DNA of 62,715 nucleotides, counting the filler, from Syncephalis fuscata S228 (taxonomy: Eukaryota > Fungi > Zoopagomycota), in the NCBI GenBank assembly GCA_025786725.1. It is 3 parts of 3 records of this genome, joined end to end, with 100 filler letters (N's around TTAATTAATTAA, not from the genome) between each part and the next. Parts side by side here need not be neighbours in the genome. Positions count along the whole stretch, not along the records: positions 1 to 26,057 come from JAHLTZ010000113.1; positions 26,158 to 50,334 come from JAHLTZ010000132.1; 1 more part is not named here. The stretch is one strand, 5' to 3'. Positions 14,713 to 27,539 of this stretch are shown piece by piece; within the stretch, counting starts at the first letter, position 1, and the number at the start of each line of letters is the position of its first letter. Under the pieces are notes generated by a model. The model was given only the letters and a program-made list of their open reading frames with translations, had not been told where the DNA came from and ran no database searches. Position numbers and translations under genes: made by a program.

Positions 14713-14858
14713 TGCGGCTATACAAGTAAGTGAAGTAGAAACTAACAAAAAGGAAATCGTCAACTCGGCGGTATAGACAAGTCCGACACTCGTCTTTCTT
14801 CTTTCCTTTTAAACCTCATCTAGCCGATTCGTTTGTTTTCTGACTCATTGTTACTAGT
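14713..14858. promoter_or_regulatory. Compact bidirectional promoter region between RAD1 and ERV41
   Basis: The two divergent ATGs (14712 on -, 14859 on +) are separated by only 146 bp. Confidence 0.55.
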
Positions 14859-16439
14859 ATGAAGTTGACGTCGTTTGACGCATTTCCCAAGGCAAGTATC
14901 TATATAGTATGAACACGTGTGTACACGTGTATATACGTGTGTATATGACTAATGCAACCATTTAACAGCTTGAAGCTACCTACAAGCAACAGCGACGGTT
15001 TGGCGGTATTATCAGCATATGTATTTCACTTGTGCTATGCCTGCTTGTTAAGCATGAAATATCCGAGTATATAGGACAACAACAGCACTATAAATTCCTA
15101 GTAGATAGACAAATCAATCAGCCACTACAGCTTAATGTGGATGTTACATTTGCCATGAAATGTGAATGTAAGCTATATAGATTTATTCTGTTATAAAAGT
15201 ATTCACTGTTTAACAAAATAGATCTTATTGCACACGCGGTTGATAATGGAGGGGCTTCTTCCAAGATTAATGGCCATTTACAACTGCAATCTGTAAGGAT
15301 TTGAAACTATTAAAATAAAATAACTGACTAGTATGATGATAGAAAGATTTTACGGCCGATGGTGCCACACTACTTAGTGATATATTAAATGAAGAGACGA
15401 AAAATGAGGGCATCAGTCACAATGACTATAATTCTGGCATGTCTGCATTCAGTATGGATAAGCATGGCAATTCATTGCATCATGCTGTCTACAACGGTAA
15501 GTCATTATGCTATTCACTATTTGCCACTTATTCCACTCTAATGATTAGACCATTCGTCTGAAGGCTGTCGATTATATGGGTCATTTGATGCGGCCAAGGT
15601 AATGTGAATACTGTAATTAAATACAATAACTAATTTTATTAGATTGCTGGCAATCTACACGTTACCGCACTTGGTCATGGTCATGGTGGAGGACATGTAC
15701 CACATGAAGGTAAGTAGATATCAGTGTAATTACTAGTTACTTAGTTCATTTTATTACATTAGCTATTAATTTTACACATCGAATTGATCGATTCTCTTTT
15801 GGTAAAGAATATCCAAATTTGGTGAATCCCCTTGATAATAGTGTAGAGATCTCAAATGGAGGCAAGTTTATTTGTTAGTTAAAAGCAATGTTCTAATAAA
15901 TAATATAGATTTGGATAACTTTCAATATTATCTCTCGGTGGTAAGTCTAGTTAATGCACAATATATATAGTTGGCTTACATTATGATTAGGTGCCCACCA
16001 TTTATCAAAGTAAATGACTAAATGAATGATCAATTATTAATAGTTAACCAATCATTATGATTTATGTATATTAATGTAATTAGCACGATTCTCCAGTCCA
16101 ATGTTTACCAATCAGTATGCCGTTACTGAATATCATCGGGCCGTTAATTCAGAGCGTAATATTTGGCCTGGTAATACATATATATATATTATACTATTGG
16201 CAACATAGCTAACCATCTTATTATTATTATTAGGTGTCTATTTTAAATATACTCTTGAGCCCATTTCAGTCCATGTCACCGAAGGCGATGACCGCTCACT
16301 GTTTAACTTTTTAACTAGACTATGTGGTGTCATTGGTGGCATTTGGGTGACTACTGGGCTAATTTATGCCGTTGTTAATACTTTAAGTAATAATAATGGA
16401 AAACAAAGCTATACAGAGGTTAAAGAAATGAAGGACTAA
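14859..16439 (+). CDS. ERV41: ER-Golgi vesicle transporter Erv41/ERGIC2 family, many short exons
   Basis: MKLTSFDAFPK|LEATY..GGIISI..VDRQINQPLQLNVDVTFAMKCE; GCRLYGSF; IAGNLHVTALGHGHG; INFTHRIDRFSFGKEYPNLVNPLD; FQYYLSV; TNQYAVTEY; FLTRLCGVIGG. Confidence 0.88.
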
Positions 16440-16535
16440 TAGAGTAACTATATGGATAGTATATATATACACAGCCAATACTATTACTTTATTATTCTTT
16501 CTGTTATACTTTTATTAATGTGTTACTTTTCATCA

Positions 16536-19500
16536 TTAATGAAACAGTTTCTTTATATCCTTTACTTGCTGTGTTAATCGCCTAGCAATTTTAGACCAAC
16601 TATACGATAGATGGTTTTCTACAATTGGAATGGCCGATTGGCATTCCTAATAATAAACATTATAAAATGAGTCATTATTAAATAGAGTGTCTATTAGTAT
16701 TGATTATAACTATATACACGACAGCTTACCTTTATTGTGCTTAAATCCAAGACATTCACTTGCTGTGCCATAGTCATTTGGGCTCGTTTAGAAGAGGCGG
16801 CCATATTCAATAATTGCTGATCTACCATCGCCAATAGCTCTTTTGTCCTTTTCTTCAACTCAATTGGATGCTATGTTGATTGAACTAATGAATATATCAT
16901 AGTTTATACAACTAGAGGATCACTTACAGGCTGAAGACTGGAACGGCACTTACTAGCTTTATCGGTAATAAGCTTTTCAGTAGCCATAATACCAATGGCT
17001 AGATAGAATATAGACTATACTCTTCCTGTTATTCAATAATTACTATAATACACTATTTGATTACCTCAATGATGGCTACAAGTGATCGACAATAGTCAAA
17101 GGTAACAATATCATCTGTTGAAATGCTAGGTACTATAAATACAGTTAATTATAATTTAATATGTATGTATGTATATTAATAAAATCACCATTCATTTGTT
17201 CAAATAATTTAGTGGTCAATTGTTCAAGCTGCTCCTTCATAATAGCATCCTCTATAAATATATTAATATTAATATTAATCCATTTATACTATTCAAATCG
17301 ACTACTTGCCAATATCTCCGGTAATTCGCCTTTGTAATAGTTTTAATACTTGAACAAAGTATAACAACGTCTTATCGGGCAACTATAACCACCATTAACA
17401 TTAATATTAATTGACTATAGATTATTAATCATTTACCTCAGCATTATTGAATTGTTCAAATTGTGTCAATAAGTCATTTGCATTAACATCATTGATATTA
17501 AATAGTACAGCAATAATGCGTAATCGCCATGCCTTATTATCAACAAGACTTGACTATATTACAGTTAAGCATTCTATTATTGTCTACACTGCTTCGTATT
17601 CAACATACCGTGCTTAAATCGTGTGGAAGTAGCTGTTTTGCCAATGATGATCCATCCCAATGGGAAAGTGGCGGAAATGGTTCATAGTCTCGGTTATCAG
17701 ATAGTTGAGATAAACGATTACCTACACTTGAATGAACACATATATATATATATATCCTTAATAATCACTTACCTGTATAATCTATATGTTCAAGATTTAG
17801 ACTAGAAAGGAAGGTAATCAATGTTGGTAATGATTTAGCTGCTTTTAACAGTTCAATTCTGTATTGTTCTTGTCGAATTACTTCTCGCTGTAACGAATTG
17901 CTCAATCGATCACGGAATTCAATAAAGTTTTCAATCTATTCATTTATATTGATTAGCACGAATTGCATGGCAGCCATTTATGCTGTAAATTACCTGAGAG
18001 AAAGTTGCATGCTTATAGGCTTGGGCAATCATTTCTGGTGTCTATTAAATCACTTTAGTATCGTTTTAATACTATACGTATTTAACTTACCTCAAAGATA
18101 TTGGAGTTGTAAATAGAGGCAGATGATTCGAGTAGCTGTTCCGCCTCTTCCCATAAACCAAGATCAAAAAGTGTATCCGTCATAAGATAGCTCAATGTGT
18201 CATGTTGGACGTGTTTAATATTCAATGTTTCATACAATTCAACTGCTCGTGCGCCACAGCCTGTTATATAGTTTAATAAATATGTAAATATTCAGCGATA
18301 ATCGACACTTACCCAATAAGCTATAGACACGACAGAGAATAAGTGAATACTGAAAATTAAGATTATCCTTTTCGCGAGCTGCCTCTAGTACTACAGCGAG
18401 TGCGGCTAAATAGGCTGTATTATTGGATTGTCTAAATGCTTCAACCAACTTAGCCGATGCCAAATAAACAAGTCCATTAGATGATGGAGTGCCATTATTA
18501 AAGTGCTGTTTAAGCTTTTCCATAGCTGCAGTTGCCAATTCAGTGGGCGATGTCAATGCTGTTACAGAAGTGGCCCGATAGATTAGCGAGAATGCATTGG
18601 ACTGAGCAATAGCACGTGAATCACCCTCAAATGTATCGACTACGGATTGCAACTCTCCTGATAAAGATTTAACCATAGCTTCAGGCCATGATCCAATATA
18701 TTTACTTAAATCTGCATAACAAGAAGGCTTACTACCAAATATTTTGAAATAAGTTACTATGGCGGCTTTAAGAGCTGAGTAATCAATGTTGTTGCCGTTG
18801 TTATTCTGTAATTCAACTAGCACTAAATAAGAACTTCTTTCTGGTGTCTTGGCCAATTTAATTTGTTCGTTAATAAATAGTTCAGCTTCGGCTTTAGCTT
18901 CATCCTTTTTGATTCTGCGTAATGTATCGACATAAGTACTGTAGATTGACCAGTCAGATGAGCCTTCTTGTAATTGTTTGACACAGAATTTGTTAAGATC
19001 CTCCCATTGTTCGAGTGTCGTCATTAATGGAATACGAAGGCTGTTCAGCTGTAACGGATCATTGAATTTACCAGCCAAATCCCCTGACAGTACACCAAGC
19101 GCTACTTCATGCTTATTTTGTGCCATCAATACACTAGCATATAACAGTAACTCTATAGATAGTTTATTATGCATTTAACATTATTGTTATTTAATTAACA
19201 ATTACCTTCAAATTGTACTATTTTGTTATCTTCAGCAGCCTTGACCATCATACGTTCAGCAAGTGTTAACAGTAACTTTTTCTCTGTATCAGAAGCATTT
19301 TTGCTCTGTAATAACATGCAATTTACTGCCCAGAATAGATACTTGTTAGACTTGAATGTTTTATGCATACGTATAGCTAGCTGAATTGCATATCTATTAA
19401 TTATATGCAATGTATCCATAGTCTATTACTTACTTGATGTTGTGCTTTAAAGCTGTCACCTCGAGCCAGTGCCATGAAGTAATAATTGGCCATTTCTTCA

Positions 19501-19996
19501 CTATGAGGCTGTGCTTTAAATGCTGCTTCATAAAAAGTGGCATTATCATCATCTAGTATACTGTAATTTAGTTGTCTGGCATTTATACATTGTTTAAATA
19601 CTAACGTAGGCCCAATGCACGATAAACCATTGATACTGGTTGCATAATCGCGGGATCCGTAGGCATTTCAGCCCGAACTAGCGTGCATTGCTCGAGTGAT
19701 TCATTAGTTTTACCGGCTCGACATAAGGCCAAAGCCTTCAAAGCCTATGTAATGTCGTAGTAACATATTGGTATGAATACTAACATATAGTGTGCTTGTC
19801 TATTATAACTCACCATGACTTGTAAGGCAGCGGGATACTTTTTAAGCAATTTATTGCAATGTTGCACCGCCAACTTGTAGTTGTGCTCGTCTATTGCGTC
19901 TGTAATGTAACGGACATATATGTACGCCACGAGCTGAGTATTACTGTGTTTATTGCCAATAAACCCACCATAAATAAGACCTATACGCCGCTCCAT
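16536..19996 (-). CDS. MDM20: NatB N-terminal acetyltransferase auxiliary subunit (Mdm20/NAA25)
   Basis: MERRIGLIY|DAIDEHNYKLAVQHCNKLLKKYP; YLFWAVNCMLLQ..LLLTLAERM; YFKIFGSKPSCYADL; NIKHVQHDTLSY; NRSRNSLQ. The last exon ends ...KDIKKLFH*. Confidence 0.9.
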
Positions 19997-20412
19997 GTTG
20001 AGTAAAAGTCAATGCCCACAGTATAAAAGGTGTTTTCTCCGAAACTGAAACTAAAATAATAAGTGAAAAAGTTAATACACTTTTAATTTGCATCAAAACA
20101 ATTAATGCAATGTGTGATGTGTGTGATCACTTAAAGTAAAACATGATCCAATTACGATGCAGCACAATATCGATCATGCAAGCACAATCTGATAAACATT
20201 TTAGATATTAATAAATTGCAATTACTTAATGCATTAATATTTATAGTAATAATATTTATATGCGTTTTACGTAATTCAATAGATGTCTTGCTTGGTTATA
20301 ACATTCATGCGTGTTTTAAACGATTTTTGTAATAAAAGCTGCTTTGTTGGCGCGGTTTTGTAGACGATATTTTCTATAGCGTATATATATTGTAAAATAA
20401 AACACCATCAAA

Positions 20413-21438
20413 ATGGTAAGTTGAATTGCTTTAGTAATACAACAGAATTAAATGGGTAAAATGAGTTTAGATTAAGTATGCATCTTGCTTTTGGCGCTGC
20501 TAGCCAGCACTGCAACTGTATTGGCCTGTGATTCTGGCCTGGTTGTTTATTGGGGCCAAAACTCTTACGGCGTAACCAATAGTGCGGATAAAGCGAAATG
20601 GGAGGGCCGTCTAAGCGATTACTGCAACTCTGGTCTTGTAGGCACCGTGGTCATTTCCTTCTTAAATGTATTTGGTCAAGGAAAAGCGGCATCGGCCAAT
20701 TTGGGCAATCATTGTGATCAGTCGAACGTTTACAGTGGCCACTCAAATGCCTGATTGCTCCACAGTTCAGGACGATGTGCAGACATGTCGTAAAAAGGGC
20801 GTCAAAGTGGAATTGGCCATGGGTGGTGCAGCGGGCAGCTACGGCTTTACCAGTGATGCTGATGGCGCTCAATTCGCCGAAGAATTAAACGATTTAGCAT
20901 TTAGCGGCAAGGGAGATATACGGCCATTTGGTCCTGATGGTGTGGACGGTGTCAACCTAGACATAGAAGATGGTAATCCAATGGGATATACTGGATTTGT
21001 TAATCGGTTACGCGAACTTAGTCCTAACGTTCATATTTCGGCCGCACCTCAATGCGTATATCCTGACGCATCACTGGGCAACGTGCTTAAATCGGCACCT
21101 GTCGATGCCGTCTACGTTCAGTTCTATAACAATGTTGCGGTGTTCAGGCTTATGGTACAGATGCATTTAATTTCAAGACATGGGCTGATTGGGCGAAGAA
21201 CGATGCTAAAGTAAAGAATGCCAAAGTGTACTTGGGTGTGCCAGGATCTCCATCCGCTGCTGGCAGTGGTTACATCGATCCAGGCAAGCTTGATGAGATC
21301 ACCAAGTCTTTAGCCAAGGAATACAGCGATGTATTTGGTGGTATTATGTTGTGGGATGCTAGTCAAGCATTTGGCAATGAGATTAATGGCAAATCTTATG
21401 CCCAATCCACATCGGAAACACTTAAGCAAGTCTGCTAG
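20413..21438 (+). CDS. Secreted GH18 class III (Cts1/hevamine-like) chitinase; two apparent frameshifts
   Basis: M|IKYASLLLALLASTATVLA signal peptide; motifs VVYWGQNS, MGGAAGSY, DGVNLDIE, ISAAPQC, VQFYNN and FGGIMLWDAS. Frame changes near 20745 and 21135. Confidence 0.88.
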
Positions 21439-21857
21439 ATAAATAATAAACACCACATTTTGTTAACTATAAAAGTTGTGCTTTTGGATATTTGTTCAAA
21501 CAATGTTGCATATTAAATGAATGTAATTAATAAAATCAATTAAATGGTCAGTTGAAATTAACATGGCAGAGTTTTATTTAATAGAAATTGTTGATTATAT
21601 TTCATGCTGTTTAATACCACTTTGCTTTGTAAATCATTGTTTTGGCTAAATAAATAGCAAGTACTGTAGCTGTTATATTATAAATACAATCATTGCTACT
21701 TCATTAAAATCCATCGGGTATTTTTATTAATTTAACAATAAAAACAGCCTAACATTATTTCTACTATCGCTTTGTTATTCTCTATTGAAGCAGTATCAAT
21801 AGGGATTCTCGGGATTAATAGCTACGCAATATTGACGTTGCATTTCATAAATTTCGA

Positions 21858-23178
21858 TTAATGACCGTCGGCGTTATTCTGTAAATTTTCCATACGAGTG
21901 GTCTCGACTGGTGATCCAATCAACTGGATACTGTTAAGAAGTGTAGGCGTATCCTCATCCTCTGATTGATTAGTTTCAATAAACAGCTAGATTACAAAGC
22001 ATTATTAGTTGATAAATACTAGAATATTGATAGCAATGTGCTATTTCTTTAACAATTACCACCAAATGATTGACCGATTGGAATTTTACAAATCGAAGTG
22101 GCACTGCAACATTCTGGTCATAATCAGTCTGAGTTAGCTCAAGCACTTGTGTTTCTGTGACGCTTTCTGCTTCTCGAAGCCTAGCGTACGAATATTGGCG
22201 TATAATTTGACTTTCTTGGGTGCTTGGTCGACACGATCTAGTTTCATGTTGCTAATAAGCTATTTCATGTAATTCTAATGTGCAAAATCACTGGCTTACC
22301 AAGGACAGCCGAGAACTTGATAGAGTGCAGTTTGACTGCCTGCTGGAAGGGTATAGAAATCATCAACTGAGCATCCACCTCGCTTTCCAAATGGCCCGAT
22401 GCTTCAAATAGATTACGCACACCATGATCACCGTGTTGGTTAAGACAGTCGACTTGAGCCACTTCAACTAATGAAGTAATATCTGCGGGTCCTTTTGAGT
22501 TACCAGCATCTGAGGCTGCGCCACCTTTGCTGCTAGCATGCTTTGAAATAAGACTGTGCAGACCATTGGATCAGCACCACGAAGATTGTCTACTCTTGGC
22601 CGTTCTTGTAAAACTAGACGCAAATATGATGTTTAGTATTGAAATTGAAAAGTATCAATTATTTTTTTACTTTAAAGGTTGGCCTATATATTAGTGTTAA
22701 ACAAAGATAACTACATAGAATTGACAAGCTTACATGGCAGAAACGTTGGCCATTTGCGCAACTGACTAATTAAACAAAGGCTGTTAGAAAACCAATTGAT
22801 TATAACATACTAGCTGTCGTTTCTAACCTGTAGCTGATCCACATCGACCTATACGTCATTATAAACAAATATTCTATATAAATACTATTGTCCTTACTAC
22901 TTACCTTCAAAAACTGCACTTCAGGAAATTCGCGGCTAAGCTTTTCAAATACTGGCGCATCATACGGCACGGCCCGCACCCTATATCGCTGTTAATACAA
23001 AATAGTTACCGTGCAAAGGTCTTACAAGTTGCTGTAAAATCCACAACCGTCTTTACCATGCTCGTGATTAGTAATGCTGCTTTCTTGCTAATACTATCTC
23101 TTACCAGAGTGGCTGGTGACGCGCCAGACAGCTTTTGACGGAATTCCTCTTCGCTGGTTATTGGTGAACACGGCTCAT
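21858..23178 (-). CDS. TXNL1: Thioredoxin-like protein 1 (thioredoxin + PITH domain); several 1-bp frameshifts
   Basis: N-terminal VDFTATW|CGPC. PITH-domain segments LESEVDAQLMISIPFQQAVKLHS, VPLRFVKFQSVNHL, LFIETNQ and IGSPVETTRMENL. Confidence 0.88.
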
Positions 23179-24163
23179 ATTTAAAATATCGATGAGTGAT
23201 AGTTGAATAGTGGAAGAAAAGAATAGAGTTGACGTAACGATAGCAACTAATTTGCTGCCATTATTCGTAATCGGCAAATGTTTTGTGTATTTTGCACACT
23301 ATGATTGCTATACTGTGATGTGACCATGGCCATCGACTTGGCCCAATATGTATTATACAGTCTATACTGAATACATAGCTATAGACTAGAACTTAGATAC
23401 TTTATTATTATTATATGTCATGTGTTTATTAATATAAAGTGAAATACTTTGACTATATGTTATGACCCTTATGAACGGTATATATCACCACAGTGTTTAT
23501 TTTCATTCGACTGTAATCGGTATATTAACACAGCAAAGATAGTGTACAAAATGAACACAGCAGTGATAAGCTATTTAAAGTTTTTATTTATATATATACT
23601 AGTGTTTAAACAAAGCTGAATTGATTGATCATTAACATGCTAGTTATTATGCTGCCTTTTTAATAGTAATGATACGGCTCGCTTGGCATTTGCAAACTAA
23701 ATCAATATTTAAACGCATTTAATTCACACTTCTATTCGCTTTTATATATTTATAATTTGGACTTTAGGAATATCAATAATACGTGGTCAAGTAAACAGCA
23801 TATAAACGATTCGTTACAATGCTACACTATTACACTACTAATGTATAAACACTATCGTAAAAAAATATATATATACACGTTTTACTTCAAAATATTCAGC
23901 ACTCATTCATGTGTTATTCAAAATGGAAGGTTCTATCAAGTGACAATATACATATATATCATGAATGCTTATACATACCTTAATAGGCAATGGCTGCATG
24001 GTTTGTTTTAGCATTTTCCATAAAAAATTGAATAATTAAAATGAAAATATATATAAATGTGCAGTCTGCTCAATATGTTTGTTTATTATTTTTTACGATA
24101 AATACACTGTTCTCTGCACTTACTTTTTCTACACGTATTTAGAAATAACGAATTATAGATACG

Positions 24164-25691
24164 ATGGCAATTATAAATTGGAATCAGCTTATGATGCTAA
24201 GCAGTGCTTTAGCATCGATGTCTGTTGCTCAGCTTATATCTGCTATACCGCGTAAAGTTGAATTACCCAAGAGTAAGTTGTTATGCCAGCTATTTGATAC
24301 ATCATACTAATAATAGCAATACATAGAAATATTTGCACAGGATCCACCACAACCATATTTGGATTTTAATATTCCAGTTGAATTTAATCATGAGGATGAA
24401 ATATCATGGGATCAGCAATGGCGTGGTATATATGTGGATGTTACGTGTCGCATAAGAAATAACTTTGAGAGTCAATTTCAATTTTTCCAGGTATTTATTA
24501 GCTATTATTAGCATCACAAACAGCTAATTAATTGCGGCATCATAGGACCTTAAACGCAATGAAGCATTGTTAGAAAATGATCCTGGACGCCAATATGTTT
24601 TACATCCATACAAATCGTTCATTTTTCGAGGCAAACGCTGCTTTGTTATGCCTGAATCGACTAATGAAGAGCTAGGTTCCCACATGGAAACACTATCATC
24701 TTCTGATAAAGCCAAAGCAATATTACCATTTTTTATTAAACTAATACGAGGTGGGACTAATCAGTATATTATGAGCATGCAAAATATTAATTAACAAGCT
24801 GTAAATAGGTATTAACTATATCCACAAGGTTGGATGGGCAGGTGTTGGCTTTAAAGCGTTTAGTAAGAGCATACCACGTTAACATTTAAAATACTGCTAA
24901 CTAGACATTATAGATGCCGCTAAATTAGATTCTGATATAAATCCGATTATCAATGTTATGGAGATTGAACAACTAAGACGCATTGAATTTAGAAACAATG
25001 CCGTAGTATTGATAGATCCACCTCAGCCAGACCTTTTATATTCCCCTGAATGGATCGAGAATACCAAAATCGATCCGCGTAAAGCTGATCTATGGGAAGT
25101 TGGCGAATTTCTTTACCTGAATCAATACAATGATTACTATCTTAGCTCAAGAAGATCTTTTGAACGAACCATAATAAGACTTTTTCTAAGGTACCAGATG
25201 TACAACCGAACATTGGTGATATGAAAAAACAATTCAAAAAATTCATGCCTCACTTCAAAAAATTTATTGAAGAAAGCTATATAAATGCCATTAGAGTGGA
25301 CAATAACAATCGAGCTGTTTTACTAAATACAAATAGTGGCCTCCCAACAAATATCATTGCTACATCGCCATCACCACTCAAACATATTCCTTTAACATCA
25401 AAAATACTGAACTTACTAAGCTTTGTGCTAGATTATGATTCTAGATTTAGTGCTTTTAAAACCCATTTACAATTTTTATCTAATGGATTTTTTCAATTGG
25501 GAATATATTGTAAAGTTACTAGCGAGTATATACAATATCCCAATGAATATGGGGCCATATTTAGCATGATAAATAAGTTACTGCCAGTCAATGTTGAAGA
25601 ACGATTAACGCCAGAGCAATATTTAAGTCAGTTTAATAGTAATGCAAATGCTAATCGTTTGAATCCATCTGGTCAACAACCTTTATCATAA
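24164..25691 (+). CDS. Signal-peptide-bearing protein kinase-like protein (probable pseudokinase); one apparent frameshift near 25165-25220
   Basis: Hydrophobic N-terminus MAIINWNQLMMLSSALASMSVAQLISA. Kinase C-lobe remnants GINYIHKVGW, YSPE, KADLWEVG and LLPVNVEERLTPEQYL. No recognisable HRD or DFG motif. Confidence 0.65.
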
Positions 25692-26057
25692 ACAATCGCT
25701 TTTAGTAATAAAAACTAATATTTTTATTCAATTGCCTTTCCTATTAGCATATTGCATCAAATATGTTTATAGTGAAATAATCAATGCTAAAATAGCCGGA
25801 TGATAGCAGAAACAAATAAATGGATATACCATAATACCTGCACGATAATAATCGCTCGCCAAGTGTGTCAGTATGCTGACTGGTGTTGGTAATAAGCCAA
25901 TTCATTGCCGAGTAATAGCAGACTTGGTGGAGAAATCAGAACAAGCGCAATAAATTGAACAAAACGAAAACCTTTCAATTCATGCGTAATACTTGGCACT
26001 GCTTGATGGGTAAGCAGCAGTACAGGTGGTGTCACAATTGAGGCTACAATAAGAGCA

Positions 26058-26157
26058 NNNNNNNNNNNNNNNNNNNNNNNNNNNNNNNNNNNNNNNNNNN
26101 NTTAATTAATTAANNNNNNNNNNNNNNNNNNNNNNNNNNNNNNNNNNNNNNNNNNNN
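26058..26157. other. Assembly gap with TTAATTAATTAA six-frame-stop spacer
   Basis: N-runs flank ttaattaattaa. The same construct occurs at 50335-50433. Confidence 0.95.
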
Positions 26158-26159
26158 AA

Positions 26160-27539
26160 CGCCGTGCTATTTTAAGCCCAGTCTTTGAAGCTATTGGTGT
26201 CAAAGGTGGCAAATCTGTTGCCAAGCCAAACGAGACCGACCATATGACTCCATTGACACCGGATGCACCAAAACCAGTTGTCCCGGTTGCCGATCCAAGC
26301 AAAAATGCAAATCCAGATGGTTCCGCCATCGACATGAGCAAAAAACGAACTCCAGTTATCTTGTCACAGTGCGTCGGTAACGATAACCAAATTTTCAAGG
26401 CTAGAATTGTTACGCGTCCCAACGCTCGCAACAATTATTATCAGCTTATGTCATACAAATACAAGACTTGTTTGGCCAGTGAGCGCAAGAACTTGGCAGA
26501 TATAGCTATTGTTCCATGTACCGATAATGACGAATCGCAACTTTGGTTGTTTGAAGATATTGTACAAACGATTGCTGATGCTGGTGGCAAGAACACCATC
26601 ATTCAATATGCCGACACGCTTCAAATTAAAAATATCCAATCGCGTCTTGGCCTGACCCGCGACACAGGTGTATCCGACCTGACCTTTGACGAAAAGCAAG
26701 CTGTCAATCGCGTCTTGCCTGGATCGTTGGAAGTTTTTGATATGACTTTCGAACTTGCCCGATATGTAAACACCTATGCACGCAACATTCTTCAATATCA
26801 ACAGTCGGGCACTGTAGTTGTATCAAAATTGGTTGCAATCTTTCTTAATCCTGAACAGCGCCCACAAGCCTGGGAGAAGCTCTGGGAACTTGGTAAGATG
26901 TTCATTGGCTTTATCCCACTTCCAGGACCTTTCAACATCATCAAGTCCGTTGGTGTCAAGTTGACCGATATGATTTTAGGCCAGCTTGCTCAGCATCAAA
27001 AGGACAAGCCAGCTACTCCACAAGATTTGATCCAATGGGATGTCTATGCTTTAAAACAAGCCGAGTACACTGTAGATGCTCTTCTTAACGCTTTCACCGA
27101 AGTCTTCCGTCAATCATCCATTAATGATCTACGCACTTTATTGCAAGAATTCAAAGCAAACAAGTATCATATCGCAGCCGATAAATTCTACCACGAGTAC
27201 CAGGTCCGATTCTCGCAGAAACTACTCACTGCCAGAGCCGGCGACTTCTGGACCTCTGTCTGTGTTAGCCGTGGCAATGATATGCCTTGCAATGGTCGCT
27301 GGTCAGGCAAAAACTACCGTATGGGCGATCGCACATACGAGAACTTCTATTCCACCAACATCAACAAGGACGGCATCAGCTATCTCGAGTCGATTGGTGA
27401 GAAAGACAACTTCTACAAGGCTAACAACGGCTGGAACCTAGACCGCTACTATTACACTTGCCCTGGCAATAATGGTGGCGTATGCGTTGCACGAATGGTA
27501 CTTCGTCAAAACAAATCCAGCTTTGATGTTATTGCTTAA
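26160..27539 (+). CDS. 5'-truncated, intronless ricin-B (QxW) lectin-domain protein with a helical C-terminal region
   Basis: The frame is open from the gap edge. VILSQCVGNDNQIF and KTCLAS...IAIVPCTDNDESQLWLF match the beta-trefoil pattern. A long helical region and a Cys-containing tail follow. Confidence 0.7.
   Translation, partial: RRAILSPVFEAIGVKGGKSVAKPNETDHMTPLTPDAPKPVVPVADPSKNANPDGSAIDMSKKRTPVILSQCVGNDNQIFKARIVTRPNARNNYYQLMSYKYKTCLASERKNLADIAIVPCTDNDESQLWLFEDIVQTIADAGGKNTIIQYADTLQIKNIQSRLGLTRDTGVSDLTFDEKQAVNRVLPGSLEVFDMTFELARYVNTYARNILQYQQSGTVVVSKLVAIFLNPEQRPQAWEKLWELGKMFIGFIPLPGPFNIIKSVGVKLTDMILGQLAQHQKDKPATPQDLIQWDVYALKQAEYTVDALLNAFTEVFRQSSINDLRTLLQEFKANKYHIAADKFYHEYQVRFSQKLLTARAGDFWTSVCVSRGNDMPCNGRWSGKNYRMGDRTYENFYSTNINKDGISYLESIGEKDNFYKANNGWNLDRYYYTCPGNNGGVCVARMVLRQNKSSFDVIA

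Noticed and set aside
25740-26057. Cys-rich minus-strand frame (CSYCSLNCDTTC...) next to the gap
   Set aside because: It is interrupted by stops and truncated by the gap, so no gene model can be supported.
26058-26157. TTAATTAATTAA palindrome between N-runs (also at 50335-50433) and ORFs crossing it
   Set aside because: This is an artificial scaffolding spacer with stops in all six frames.
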